Source: an uncultured Actinomycetota bacterium
GTDB taxonomy: Bacteria; Actinomycetota; Actinomycetes; S36-B12; UBA10799
Length of the DNA stretch: 64,000 nucleotides
Direction: 5' to 3'
NCBI GenBank assembly: GCA_963704075.1
Contig: CAVPGV010000010.1
Span: 8,685 to 72,684 of the forward strand
The notes below the pieces were generated by a model. That model saw nothing but the letters and a program-made list of their open reading frames with translations. It searched no databases and had not been told where the DNA came from. Shown here in pieces: positions 49,301-58,147 of the stretch (its first letter is position 1; each line of letters starts with the position of its first letter). A program made the position numbers and the translations under genes.

Positions 49301-50473
49301 ATGACCGCCAAGAAGACGCCGTTCGAACTGTTCGCCATCGATTCCCTGCTGTCAGAGGAGGAACGCGCGATCCGCGACGTGGTCGCTTCGTTCGTCGACA
49401 CCCGGATCAGGCCGGAGATCGCCGGGTGGTTCGATCGCGGAACCCTTCCCGCACGCGACCTGGCCGCCGAACTCGGGCAACTGGGTGTTCTGGGCATGCA
49501 CCTCGAGGGGTACGGGTGTGCCGGCACGTCGGCTGTCGCCTACGGCCTGGCCTGCCTGGAACTGGAGGCCGGCGACTCGGGAATCCGGTCATTGGTCAGC
49601 GTCCAGGGTTCGCTGGCAATGTTCGCGATCCACGCCTTCGGGTCGGAGGACCAGAAGCAGCAGTGGCTGCCGGCGATGGCGCGCGGGGAGAAGATCGGCT
49701 GCTTCGGTCTCACGGAGGCGGACTTCGGCTCCAACCCGTCCGGGATGCGCACCAACGCCAAGCGCGACGGCGACGACTGGGTGCTCAACGGGTCCAAGAT
49801 GTGGATCACCAACGGCAACGTCGCGGACGTCGCCGTGGTCTGGGCGCGTACCGATGACGGCATCCGGGGATTCGTCGTCCCCACCGACACCGCCGGCTTC
49901 ACCGCCAATGAGATTCACCAGAAGATGTCCCTGCGGGCATCGGTCACCAGTGAACTGGTCCTGGACGATGTGCGACTGCCCGCCGAAGCGGTACTGCCCG
50001 GCGTCGTGGGCCTGCGCGGGCCACTGTCGTGCCTGAACGAAGCCCGGTTCGGCATCGTGTTCGGCACCCTGGGTGCAGCCCGCGACAGCCTGCAGACGGC
50101 CATCGACTACAGCATCTCCCGCGAACAGTTCGACAGGCCGATCGCGGGTTTCCAGCTGACCCAGAAGAAGCTCGCCGACATGACTCTGGAACTGGGCAAA
50201 GGCATGCTGCTGGCCCTGCATCTGGGCCGGTTGAAGGATGAGCATGTCATCACGCCGGAGCAGGTCAGCGTGGGCAAACTCAACAACGCGCGGGAGGCGC
50301 TGGCGATCGCCCGGGAGTGCCGCTCGATCCTGGGTGGAAACGGCATCACGCTGGAGTATCCGGTCATCCGGCACATGAACAATCTGGAGTCGGTGTTCAC
50401 CTATGAAGGCACCAACGAGATGCACACCCTGGTCGTCGGGCAGGCCTTGACCGGGATCGCCGCCTACCGCTGA
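49301..50473 (+). CDS. Acyl-CoA dehydrogenase, glutaryl-CoA dehydrogenase-like
   Basis: GCFGLTEADFGSNPSGMRTNA, WITNG, and C-terminal YEGTNEMHTLVVGQALTG. Paired with the CoA-transferase. Confidence 0.85.
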   Translation: MTAKKTPFELFAIDSLLSEEERAIRDVVASFVDTRIRPEIAGWFDRGTLPARDLAAELGQLGVLGMHLEGYGCAGTSAVAYGLACLELEAGDSGIRSLVSVQGSLAMFAIHAFGSEDQKQQWLPAMARGEKIGCFGLTEADFGSNPSGMRTNAKRDGDDWVLNGSKMWITNGNVADVAVVWARTDDGIRGFVVPTDTAGFTANEIHQKMSLRASVTSELVLDDVRLPAEAVLPGVVGLRGPLSCLNEARFGIVFGTLGAARDSLQTAIDYSISREQFDRPIAGFQLTQKKLADMTLELGKGMLLALHLGRLKDEHVITPEQVSVGKLNNAREALAIARECRSILGGNGITLEYPVIRHMNNLESVFTYEGTNEMHTLVVGQALTGIAAYR

Positions 50474-50501
50474 TCGAGCGCGCGGAAGTGCCCCTTAGGA
50501 A

Positions 50502-51425
50502 CTACGCAGGGGTTCTGCTTGACGCCGGTTCGGACGTCCCGCGACGCCGGCCGAGCAGCCCTTGGACCATCGAAGCACCGAGCAGCACGATCGCCGCTCC
50601 CACCGGTTGATTCCACGTCACCGCCTCACCCAGCAGCACTATCCCCAGCAGGGTGGAGACCACGGGCGTCGCATAGGTCACCGACGCGCTCACCACGGAA
50701 CCCGCCAATGAGATGACCCGGAACATCCAGATGAACGCGAGGCCGGTGGCCAGCGCGCCGAGGACGATGACGGCGAGCACCGGGCCAGGCTGCACGGTCG
50801 GACGATCGGTGAGCGCGACCATCAGGACCCCGGTGATCAGCGTCGCGCTCAGCAGTTGCGCCCCCATGATGGACGGCCCGCCCTCGGGCCGGTCGGCAAG
50901 AAAACGCCGGGTCCACGGCACGCCGATCCCATAGCAGACAGTTGCCCCAAGGCAGGCGAGCGATCCGACGAGGTCGCCGGACAGCCCCTGCCAGACCCCC
51001 ATCACCAGCATCACACCGGCGAACCCGACGAACAGACCCACGAGGCGTTGTCTCGTGAGCCGCTCCGCCGGGACGATGGCTAGGGCGAACAGGGCGGTGA
51101 ACAGTGGAGTTGCCGCGTTGAACAGGCCAGCCAGCACGCTCGAGACACGCATCTCGGCCCAGGCGAACAAGGCGAAGGGGATGACGTTCATCATGAGTCC
51201 GGAGAACGTCACATGCGCCCACACCACACCCAAGGCCGGTAGCCGACCACGCCGAAGAGCCAGCACGGCCAGCACGGCCAGCAAACCGAAGAACACCCGC
51301 CCGAAGGTGATCTGCAGCGGTGCGAAGGCGTCCAGGCCGATCTTGATCAAGAAGAAACTGGATCCCCACACGACCGCAAGCGCCCACCAGTAGGGCAGCC
51401 ATGAGGACAGCCGAGCGGTGGACAC
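50502..51425 (-). CDS. EamA/DMT-family transporter
   Basis: Ten hydrophobic helices and WALAVVWGSSFFLIKIG. The start is uncertain (GTG 51425 or upstream). Confidence 0.75.
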   Translation of the reverse strand: MSTARLSSWLPYWWALAVVWGSSFFLIKIGLDAFAPLQITFGRVFFGLLAVLAVLALRRGRLPALGVVWAHVTFSGLMMNVIPFALFAWAEMRVSSVLAGLFNAATPLFTALFALAIVPAERLTRQRLVGLFVGFAGVMLVMGVWQGLSGDLVGSLACLGATVCYGIGVPWTRRFLADRPEGGPSIMGAQLLSATLITGVLMVALTDRPTVQPGPVLAVIVLGALATGLAFIWMFRVISLAGSVVSASVTYATPVVSTLLGIVLLGEAVTWNQPVGAAIVLLGASMVQGLLGRRRGTSEPASSRTPA

Positions 51426-51489
51426 CACCAAAGTCTGCCCGCCCGTGTCGCACACCCCCGCGCCAGCCCGGCCGCAGCATCCTTGGAAC

Positions 51490-52161
51490 ATGCGCACCGA
51501 GGCCCGATACCAGGCCTACCGCCGCCTGGCACGATATCCGCTGTTCCTCGCTGGGCTTCTGTTCCTCGTGGGCTTCACCCTGGCCTTCGACCCCCACCTG
51601 GACACGATCGACCAACACCACCATGTGGGCCGGTATCTGACCCTGTTCGCCTGGGCGGTATTCCTGGCCGACTACCTGATCTCGCTGGCCCTGGCGCCCG
51701 ACCGGCCGAAGTACATCAAGACCCACGTCCTGCAGGCCGTGGGCGTGATCTTCCCGCCCTTGCGGATTCTGCTGATCTTCCACGTCACGTACGTGGTCGT
51801 CAGCAAGTCGCGGGATCGTTTCGGGGCGAGGGTTCGCGAGTACCTGCTGTACACCTCGACCCTGGTGATCCTGGTGGCCAGCATGGCGGTCACCATCGCC
51901 GAACGCAACGCCCCCGGCGCCCGGATCGTGAGCTACGGCGATGCCCTGTGGTGGTCGGCTGAGACGATCTCCACGGTGGGCTACGGCGACATGTATCCCG
52001 TGACGGTCCTCGGCCGGGTCATCGCCGTCGTGCTGATGATCAACGGTTTCGTGATTTTGTCAGTACTCACTGCGACAGTGGCTCAGAAGTTCGTCAGCGC
52101 CCAGCAGAACGCTGCCGCTGACGGACAGCAGACCGACCCCCTTCCGGAACCGGAGGTATGA
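51490..52161 (+). CDS. Potassium channel (voltage-sensor-less/2-6 TM ion transport family)
   Basis: Selectivity filter ETISTVGYGDMYP. Confidence 0.85.
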   Translation: MRTEARYQAYRRLARYPLFLAGLLFLVGFTLAFDPHLDTIDQHHHVGRYLTLFAWAVFLADYLISLALAPDRPKYIKTHVLQAVGVIFPPLRILLIFHVTYVVVSKSRDRFGARVREYLLYTSTLVILVASMAVTIAERNAPGARIVSYGDALWWSAETISTVGYGDMYPVTVLGRVIAVVLMINGFVILSVLTATVAQKFVSAQQNAAADGQQTDPLPEPEV

Positions 52162-52401
52162 ATGAGCCAGCTCACCGACCGCGACCGCGCGATCCTGGAA
52201 TTCGAGAAGCACTGGTGGCGTTTCGAGGGCGCCAAGCAGCAGGCCATCCGCGAACAGTTGCACCTTTCGCCGACCCGCTACTACCAGGTTCTCAACGACC
52301 TGGTCGACGACCCGGCAGCACTACTCGCCGAACCGGTGGTCGTCAGGCGGTTGCAGCGCCAGCGGCAGTCCCGCCGAAAGGCCGTTTCGGAGCACGTCTG
52401 A
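52162..52401 (+). CDS. DUF3263-family protein (Rv1211-like)
   Basis: LTDRDRAILEFEKHWWRFEGAKQQAIREQLHLSPTRYYQVLNDLVD. Confidence 0.75.
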   Translation: MSQLTDRDRAILEFEKHWWRFEGAKQQAIREQLHLSPTRYYQVLNDLVDDPAALLAEPVVVRRLQRQRQSRRKAVSEHV

Positions 52402-52784
52402 GCCGACGCAACGGGTTGTCGGCGTAACCGCCTGCCACCAGCCCCGCCCGCCGCTCGAACACGTTGCGAGACCACCAATCGCCGGTGCGCAGCAGCGAAT
52501 AACCCGGCAGCCAGCCCGTAGGCGGGCCAGAACAGCGGACCGAGCAGGGCGTACTGACGCATGTGCGACTTCTCATGCTCCCAGACCGCGGCCGGCACCG
52601 GCTGCCTGCTGATCACGAGGCAACCGATGGTGAAAGCCCCTGCATCGGGGAATCGCCAGCGGTATCCGGTGGCCTCCCAGTACCCATCGCGGGCGCTGAC
52701 CGGGCAACGGGCGGCGCGGGCCACCAACCAGCCGGTCGCAGTGGTCAGATTCACCGCGTTCAGCACGACGACGGGATCCATCAC
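52343..52784 (-). pseudogene. Small HExxH-motif protein (Rv1209-position), one frame break at ~52500
   Basis: GAFTIGCLVISRQ...WEHEKSHMRQYALLGPLFWPAYGLAAG is in one frame. YSLLRTGDWWSRNVFERRAGLVAGGYADNP is in another. The 3' end converges on and overlaps the DUF3263 gene. Confidence 0.55.
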
Positions 52785-52803
52785 GGGGCGACCGTGGAAT
52801 CCC

Positions 52804-53748
52804 TCAGGTCCACTCGCCGACCGGCGCGGTCACCAGCGGCGGCCTTTCGACATCGGCCAGTGCATGCCACGTTCCCACGAAGTCGTGGCCGACCCGATCG
52901 AACTGGGCCATGGCCTGCCCGACGGAACGCGAACTGTGCAACTGCGGGTCGAGCCGACGCAGTGCGGTCTGCAGGATCTGGGCGGCCATCCGGCCGAGTT
53001 TGCGCTCGTCGTGATGACGGTGCAGGCGCACCCCGAGATCCACTTGAGCAATCGCGTCCACCCCCAGCATCTCGGCGGTGTCCACCAGCATGGCGAATTC
53101 GACGCCGTACCCGATGGGGAAAGGCAGTTGTTCGAGCAGGCTGCGCCGGGCCGCGTACTCGCCTGCCAGCGGCTGGATGACGCCGGCCAACTGCGGCCAG
53201 TACAGGTTGAGCAGCGGACGCGCGACCAGCTCCGTGACCCGTCCGCCACCGGCCGGAACGGTGGACTCGCCCTCCACCAGCGGCCGTTCGTAGACCGCTT
53301 TCACCAGATGCACCGAACTGTCGGTCAGCACCGGGCCGAGGAGGCCGGTCACGTAGTGCGTGTCGAACGACCGCAGGTCCGCGTCGACGAACACGATCAG
53401 GTCGGCATCGGTCGCGGCCAGGGCCCGCCACATCGCCTCGCCCTTCCCGCGCAGTGGCGGCAGCCCCGGGAAGACCCCGTCCAGCGGCACGACCCGGGCA
53501 CCGTTGTCCGCGGCCACCCGGGCGGTCGCATCGGTCGATCCGGAGTCGAGCACCACGAGGTCGTCGACCAGGCAGCCGTACAACTCGTCGTGGATGGTTC
53601 TCACGATCTGCCCCACGGTCTCGGCCTCGTCGAGGGCCGGCAGGATCACCGCGACACTCTGCTGCTTGACCAGCAGGAGGTCCTCGATGCGCCAGTCATC
53701 GGCCGTCGAGGTGCGGTTGCGCAGCCAGGTCTCAACGTGTTCGCTCAC
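52804..53748 (-). CDS. gpgS: Glucosyl-3-phosphoglycerate synthase (GT81)
   Basis: VAVILPALDEAETVGQIV...VVLDSGSTDATA...RGKGEAMW...VFVDADL (DxD). Confidence 0.85.
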   Translation of the reverse strand: MSEHVETWLRNRTSTADDWRIEDLLLVKQQSVAVILPALDEAETVGQIVRTIHDELYGCLVDDLVVLDSGSTDATARVAADNGARVVPLDGVFPGLPPLRGKGEAMWRALAATDADLIVFVDADLRSFDTHYVTGLLGPVLTDSSVHLVKAVYERPLVEGESTVPAGGGRVTELVARPLLNLYWPQLAGVIQPLAGEYAARRSLLEQLPFPIGYGVEFAMLVDTAEMLGVDAIAQVDLGVRLHRHHDERKLGRMAAQILQTALRRLDPQLHSSRSVGQAMAQFDRVGHDFVGTWHALADVERPPLVTAPVGEWT

Positions 53749-53804
53749 ATGCCCCCCAGGACACCTCGGTTACAGTCGGGTGCGACCAGCGTGTCACAAT
53801 TCCA

Positions 53805-53915
53805 TAGACCTCATCCAGAGGGGCAGAGGGACCGGCCCGACGAAGCCCCGGCAACCTACCGCGACACGGCGGGAACGGTGCCAACTCCGGCCGCGTCAGC
53901 GGGAAGATGTGAAGG
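53805..53915 (+). promoter_or_regulatory. SAM-I (S-box) riboswitch
   Basis: CTCATCCAGAGGGGCAGAGGGACCGGCCCGACGAAGCCCCGGCAACC...GGTGCCAACTCCGGCC...GGGAAGATGTGAAGG matches the S-box core (AGAGGGA..GGCCC..GAAGCCC.GCAACC, GGTGCCAA.TCC). The 3' P1 strand overlaps the GAAGGA Shine-Dalgarno of the ATG at 53922. Confidence 0.8.
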
Positions 53916-53921
53916 ATTGCC

Positions 53922-55157
53922 ATGACGATCGACCTCGGTAACGCAGTCGGACTCACCTGTCGGGAGTGTTCGGCGACCTACGACCTCGGCGCCGCCTACG
54001 CCTGTGTCGAATGCTTCGGGCCGCTGGAGGTCGCCTACGATTTCGGCACCATCACGCGGGCAGACATCGAACAGGGCCCGAGTTCCCTGTGGCGCTACCG
54101 CGCACTGCTCCCGGTGCGTCCCACCGCCGCCGACGAACCCAACCTCGCCCCCGGCTGGACCCGACTGCACAAGGCCGACAACCTGGCGGCCGAACTCGGT
54201 ATGCGCAGCCTGTGGGTCAAGGACGACTCGGGCAACCCCACGCACTCGTTCAAGGACAGAGTGGTGGCAGTGGCGCAGTCCGCCGCGCGGGCGCTCGGCC
54301 TGACCACGCTGGCGTGCGCCTCGACGGGTAACCTCGCCCACGCTGTGGCCGCCGCCGCGGCCCGAGGGGGTCAGGACTCGGTGGTCGTCATCCCCCACGA
54401 CCTGGAGGCCGGCAAGACCATCACCACCGCGACCTACGGCGGAATCCTGTTGGCCGTGGAGGGCAACTACGACGACGTCAACCGGTTGTGCTCGGAGATC
54501 ATCGGCGAGGACTTCTCGCAGACGTGGGGATTCGTGAACGTCAACATCCGGCCGTACTACGCCGAGGGCTCCAAGTCGGTGGGCTACGAGATCGCCGAGC
54601 AACTCGGATGGCGCACCCCTGCGCAGGTCGTGGCTCCGGTCGCCTCCGGGTCCCTGCTGACCAAGGTTGACAAGGCCTGGCGCGAGATGGCCGATCTCGG
54701 CTTGATCGAACAGTCCGAGTACACCGTCTTCGGCGCCCAGGCCACGGGCTGCTCACCGGTCGCGCAGGCCTTCGACGCCGGCTGGGACGTCGTGAAGCCG
54801 GTCAAGCCGGACACGATCGCGAAGTCGCTGGCGATCGGCAACCCGGCCGACGGTCCGTACGCCCTGGACGTGGTCCGGCGCACCGGGGGATCCATCGGTG
54901 CGGTCAGCGACGACGACGTCGTCGACGGCATCCGGCTCCTGGCCCGCACGGAGGGCATCTTCGCGGAGACCGCCGGCGGCGTGGTGGTCGCCAACCTGCG
55001 CCAGATGATCAAGGACGGGGCGCTTGATCCGGAGGCCGAGACCGTCATCCTGAACACTGGGGATGGACTCAAGACCCTGGACGCGGTCATGGGCTTCGCG
55101 AGACCCACGGCCACCATCCGGCCCGACGTCGACGAGGTCCGGGCGGCCATTTCCTGA
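53922..55157 (+). CDS. Threonine-synthase-family PLP enzyme with N-terminal zinc ribbon (ThrC-like; MetM-type candidate)
   Basis: CRECSATYDLGAAYACVECFGPLEV (CxxC...CxxC) and PLP-lysine motif NPTHSFKDRVV; 411 aa. Confidence 0.85.
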   Translation: MTIDLGNAVGLTCRECSATYDLGAAYACVECFGPLEVAYDFGTITRADIEQGPSSLWRYRALLPVRPTAADEPNLAPGWTRLHKADNLAAELGMRSLWVKDDSGNPTHSFKDRVVAVAQSAARALGLTTLACASTGNLAHAVAAAAARGGQDSVVVIPHDLEAGKTITTATYGGILLAVEGNYDDVNRLCSEIIGEDFSQTWGFVNVNIRPYYAEGSKSVGYEIAEQLGWRTPAQVVAPVASGSLLTKVDKAWREMADLGLIEQSEYTVFGAQATGCSPVAQAFDAGWDVVKPVKPDTIAKSLAIGNPADGPYALDVVRRTGGSIGAVSDDDVVDGIRLLARTEGIFAETAGGVVVANLRQMIKDGALDPEAETVILNTGDGLKTLDAVMGFARPTATIRPDVDEVRAAIS

Positions 55158-55293
55158 AGCCCCGTGCGCCTCTTACGGCGGGTCTGTGGACAAGCGCGGC
55201 CTACACCTGCGTAGACTGGGCATGATCACATCGTGATCCCGAGCGGCCGACGGTCGTACGGAATTCAGAAACACAGCAAGGACAACACAACAC

Positions 55294-55506
55294 ATGAGCA
55301 GTGTCAGCGGAACCGTTAAGTGGTTCAACGCCGAGAAGGGCTACGGCTTCCTCTCCCTGGACGACCAAGAAGGCGATGTCTTCGTGCACTGGAGCGCTAT
55401 CCAGTCCGACGGCTACAAGTCGCTTCAGGAAGGTCAGCGAGTCGAGTTCACCATCGTGCAAGGACCGAAGGGCGCGCAGGCGGACACCGTCGTGCCGTTG
55501 TCCTAA
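55294..55506 (+). CDS. cspA: Cold-shock protein (CspA family)
   Basis: [15 protein letters not shown] (RNP1) and DVFVHWSAI (RNP2). Confidence 0.95.
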   Translation: MSSVSGTVKWFNAEKGYGFLSLDDQEGDVFVHWSAIQSDGYKSLQEGQRVEFTIVQGPKGAQADTVVPLS

Positions 55507-55519
55507 CACGAGACCTCCA

Positions 55520-55553
55520 CGAAGGCCCGGGTGAGCGATCACCCGGGCCTTCG
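55520..55553 (+). terminator. Intrinsic-type hairpin after cspA
   Basis: CGAAGGCCCGGGTG-agcgat-CACCCGGGCCTTCG, a 14-bp perfect stem. Confidence 0.75.
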
Positions 55554-55653
55554 TACGTCGCGAGGCACGTACGGGGTCAGCGGAACGGTTGTGTCGCGCA
55601 GACGTGAGCGCGTCCAACCGCGCAACACTCGATGAGGCGCGCGTGCCGAGATC

Positions 55654-55947
55654 GTGTCCGCCCCGTATTCTGGAGTAGTGATCCAAACCGTGACGTGGGC
55701 CCTGAACCTCATCTTCCTCGCCCTTGCGGTATTCGCCCTGGTGGATGTCATCCGACGGCCGCAGGAGGCGTTCCCGGCGGTCGAGCGCCAGTCGAAACTG
55801 GCCTGGGGGCTCTTCACCGGTATCGCAGCCGCGATCATCTTCTTGTTCGGGGCCATCAATTTCCTCGGCATCGTCGGGGTCATCGTGACCATGTTCTACC
55901 TGGTGGATGTCCGTCCCAAGGTGCGCGAGATCACCGGGAGTCGATGA
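55654..55947 (+). CDS. DUF2516-family small membrane protein
   Basis: WALNLIFLALAVFALVDVIRRPQEAFPAVERQSKLAWG...; three TM helices. The start may be GTG 55678. Confidence 0.7.
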   Translation: MSAPYSGVVIQTVTWALNLIFLALAVFALVDVIRRPQEAFPAVERQSKLAWGLFTGIAAAIIFLFGAINFLGIVGVIVTMFYLVDVRPKVREITGSR

Positions 55948-56705
55948 ACCGGCCGGTCGGACGGGTCACCCGCGGCACTACCGGCAGCAACCGCCTTCGC
56001 CGGGTCGATCGCTGGATCACCCACCTCGCCGGCCGTGAGATCCGCTCAGCGGACTCGCCGCTGAGCGTCGATCTCGGATTCGGATCGGCGCCCACCACCA
56101 CCACCCAGTGGCAGCACACCCTGCGAGGCATCAATCCCGCGTCGCAGGTCGTGGGGATCGAGATCGACCGGGACCGGGTGGCTGCTGCGGCCGGGATCAT
56201 CACCGCCATCCACGGCGGCTTCGAGATACCCACACGGCGCCGCCCGCTGCTGATCCGCGCGGCAAACGTCCTGCGCCAGTATCCGCTCGACGAAGTCGCG
56301 TCCGCGTGGCACCTGATGTCGTCGCGACTGGCGGCAGGAGGCTGGCTCATCGACGGCACGTGCGACGAACAGGGCCGGCTCGCCGCGATGGTGAGCATCG
56401 ACGCGACCGGGCGCCCCGTCTGGTTCACCGCTTCCGTGCGCCTGGCGGGCCTGCGAACGCCGAGCCAGGTCGCCGCGAGGCTGCCCAAAGCACTCATCCA
56501 CGACAACGTCGCAGGCTCCCGCATCCACGAACTGCTCGAGGCGATGGACCGGAACTGGATGGCCGCACCGCGATGGGGCGCTCGGCAGCGCTGGATACAC
56601 ATGGCGCGGACCGTGCGGGAGCAAGGATGGGCCGTTCGCGATTCCCAGAACCGGTGGCGGCTCGGGGAGCTGACCGTGGCCTGGGGGCAGGTGGCCCCGG
56701 CCTGA
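55944..56705 (+). CDS. Conserved actinobacterial class I SAM-dependent methyltransferase-like protein
   Basis: VDLGFGSAPTTT...VVGIEID...IRAANVLRQY. ATGA overlap with the upstream gene. Confidence 0.6.
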   Translation: MNRPVGRVTRGTTGSNRLRRVDRWITHLAGREIRSADSPLSVDLGFGSAPTTTTQWQHTLRGINPASQVVGIEIDRDRVAAAAGIITAIHGGFEIPTRRRPLLIRAANVLRQYPLDEVASAWHLMSSRLAAGGWLIDGTCDEQGRLAAMVSIDATGRPVWFTASVRLAGLRTPSQVAARLPKALIHDNVAGSRIHELLEAMDRNWMAAPRWGARQRWIHMARTVREQGWAVRDSQNRWRLGELTVAWGQVAPA

Positions 56706-56710
56706 ACACG

Positions 56711-56744
56711 ACGAAGGACCCCCCGCTGGCGGAAGGCCCTTCGT
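56711..56744. terminator. Hairpin between convergent genes
   Basis: ACGAAGG...CCTTCGT arms with an extended GC interior. Confidence 0.45.
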
Positions 56745-56760
56745 CTTGGTGGACGGCTGA

Positions 56761-57315
56761 TTACCGGCCGATGGTCTCACGAACCTTGTCGACAGCGGAC
56801 TCGGCGCGCTTGCGCAGGTCCGCAGCGGTGTCCTCAGCGCGCTTGCGCAGGTCGGTGGTGGAGTCCTCGACACGCTTGCGCAGGTCGGAGGTGGAGTCCT
56901 CGACCCGCTTGCGCAGGTCGGAGGTGGAGTCCTCCGCGCGGTCGCGCAGGTCGACGACGATCTCCTCGGCGCGGTCCTGCACCTCGTCGAACTTCGGGAG
57001 CTCGAACTTGGGCAGCTCGATCTTCGACAGGTCGATCTTGGGCAGGTCGAAGGGCAGCTCGAACTTGGGCAGTTCGAACGGCAACATGGCGATGAGACCG
57101 TTCTTGGCCTCGGTCGCCTTCTTCTCGACCGGCTGGGCGGCCGCGGTGGCCTTGGTCACGGCGGGCTTGGCGCTGGTCGTGACCTTCTTGGCGGCGGTCT
57201 TGGCCGGAGCCTTCTTCGCCGGAGCCTTCTTGGCGGTGGTCTTGGCCGGAGCCTTCTTCGCCGGAGCCTTCTTGGCGGTGGTCTTGGCAGTGGTGGTCTT
57301 GGCAGTGGTAGCCAT
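56761..57315 (-). CDS. Lys/Ala-rich repeat protein, HbhA/histone-H1-like (Rv0475-position)
   Basis: N-terminal (T)AKKAPAKKAPAK repeats, a central LPKFELP/LPKIDL repeat, and a C-terminal DLRKR(V/A)EDS(T)T repeat x4. The start abuts the stop of the XRE gene (TAAATG). Confidence 0.7.
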   Translation of the reverse strand: MATTAKTTTAKTTAKKAPAKKAPAKTTAKKAPAKKAPAKTAAKKVTTSAKPAVTKATAAAQPVEKKATEAKNGLIAMLPFELPKFELPFDLPKIDLSKIELPKFELPKFDEVQDRAEEIVVDLRDRAEDSTSDLRKRVEDSTSDLRKRVEDSTTDLRKRAEDTAADLRKRAESAVDKVRETIGR

Positions 57316-57756
57316 TTACTTGTCCTTTCGTTGTTTTGCGGAACGCCGGGTCTCGACGCTGGAATCCGTCCCGGCCTGCCCCTCAAAGGCCGGCCCCGAA
57401 TCCTCTCCGCGGTGGGTGGCGTTCTCGGATTGGAACGCCGCGTAGATCTCCAGCAGCGACTGCCGCTGACGCTCGGTCAACGTCACGTCACTTGCCAAAG
57501 CCGCCGTCACCGACGGGTCCCCGAGCCGTGGCTCGAGGATTCCCGCACGGACGTACAGGGACTCGGCGGAGATCTTCAGTGCCTTCGCAATCTGCGCCAG
57601 GATTTCCGCGCTCGGCTTGCGAAGACCCCGTTCGACCTGGCTGAGATACGGGTTGGACACATCCGCGGCCTGCGCGAGCTGCCGCAGCGAAAGCTGTGCG
57701 GCGGCGCGCTGTTCGCGGATGTATTCACCCACACTCGCTATGTCGATCCGAGCCAT
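57316..57756 (-). CDS. XRE-family helix-turn-helix transcriptional regulator (Rv0474-like)
   Basis: VGEYIREQRAAAQLSLRQLAQAADVSNPYLSQVERGLRKPSAEILAQIAKAL. Confidence 0.88.
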   Translation of the reverse strand: MARIDIASVGEYIREQRAAAQLSLRQLAQAADVSNPYLSQVERGLRKPSAEILAQIAKALKISAESLYVRAGILEPRLGDPSVTAALASDVTLTERQRQSLLEIYAAFQSENATHRGEDSGPAFEGQAGTDSSVETRRSAKQRKDK

Positions 57757-57775
57757 GTCTCCACAGTGACATCGC

Positions 57776-57795
57776 CTGCTTGCAATTGCAAGCAG
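57776..57795. promoter_or_regulatory. Perfect 20-bp palindrome CTGCTTGCAATTGCAAGCAG, candidate operator of the XRE regulator
   Basis: Lies 20 nt upstream of the regulator's ATG (57756). An extra half-site GCAAGCAG lies at 57799-57806. Confidence 0.6.
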
Positions 57796-58147
57796 CGAGC
57801 AAGCAGTTTCGCGGTAATGCGTCGCAGATCACAATTCGGATGGCGCTGCGCGATTGAGGAGGGATCGGCGGAGCCCGTGTTGCGGCTGCAGCCGCCGGTG
57901 AAGATGGTGTCCGCGCCTCGAATGCCTCGGGATAGCGAAGGCTTGTACGGATCACCGCACAGGTTTCCGGGCCCGAATCCTGGGTCCGCTCACCCTCCTG
58001 CACGTCCAAGTTCCTTCTCGGAGACGATCCGGACAACAACCTCCGCCTCCGAGCGGTCCGCACCTCGCGAACCCGTGCTGGCGCACTCACGCCCTGAACC
58101 CCGGCTGCTGTCACCCGCAGATGCCAACGCAGCGCGTCCGACAGACG

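Noticed and set aside
57316-57756. XRE-HTH gene as the antitoxin of a toxin-antitoxin pair.
   Set aside because: The adjacent gene is a 184-aa Lys/Ala-rich repeat protein, not a toxin fold. The pair matches the conserved Rv0474-Rv0475 arrangement.
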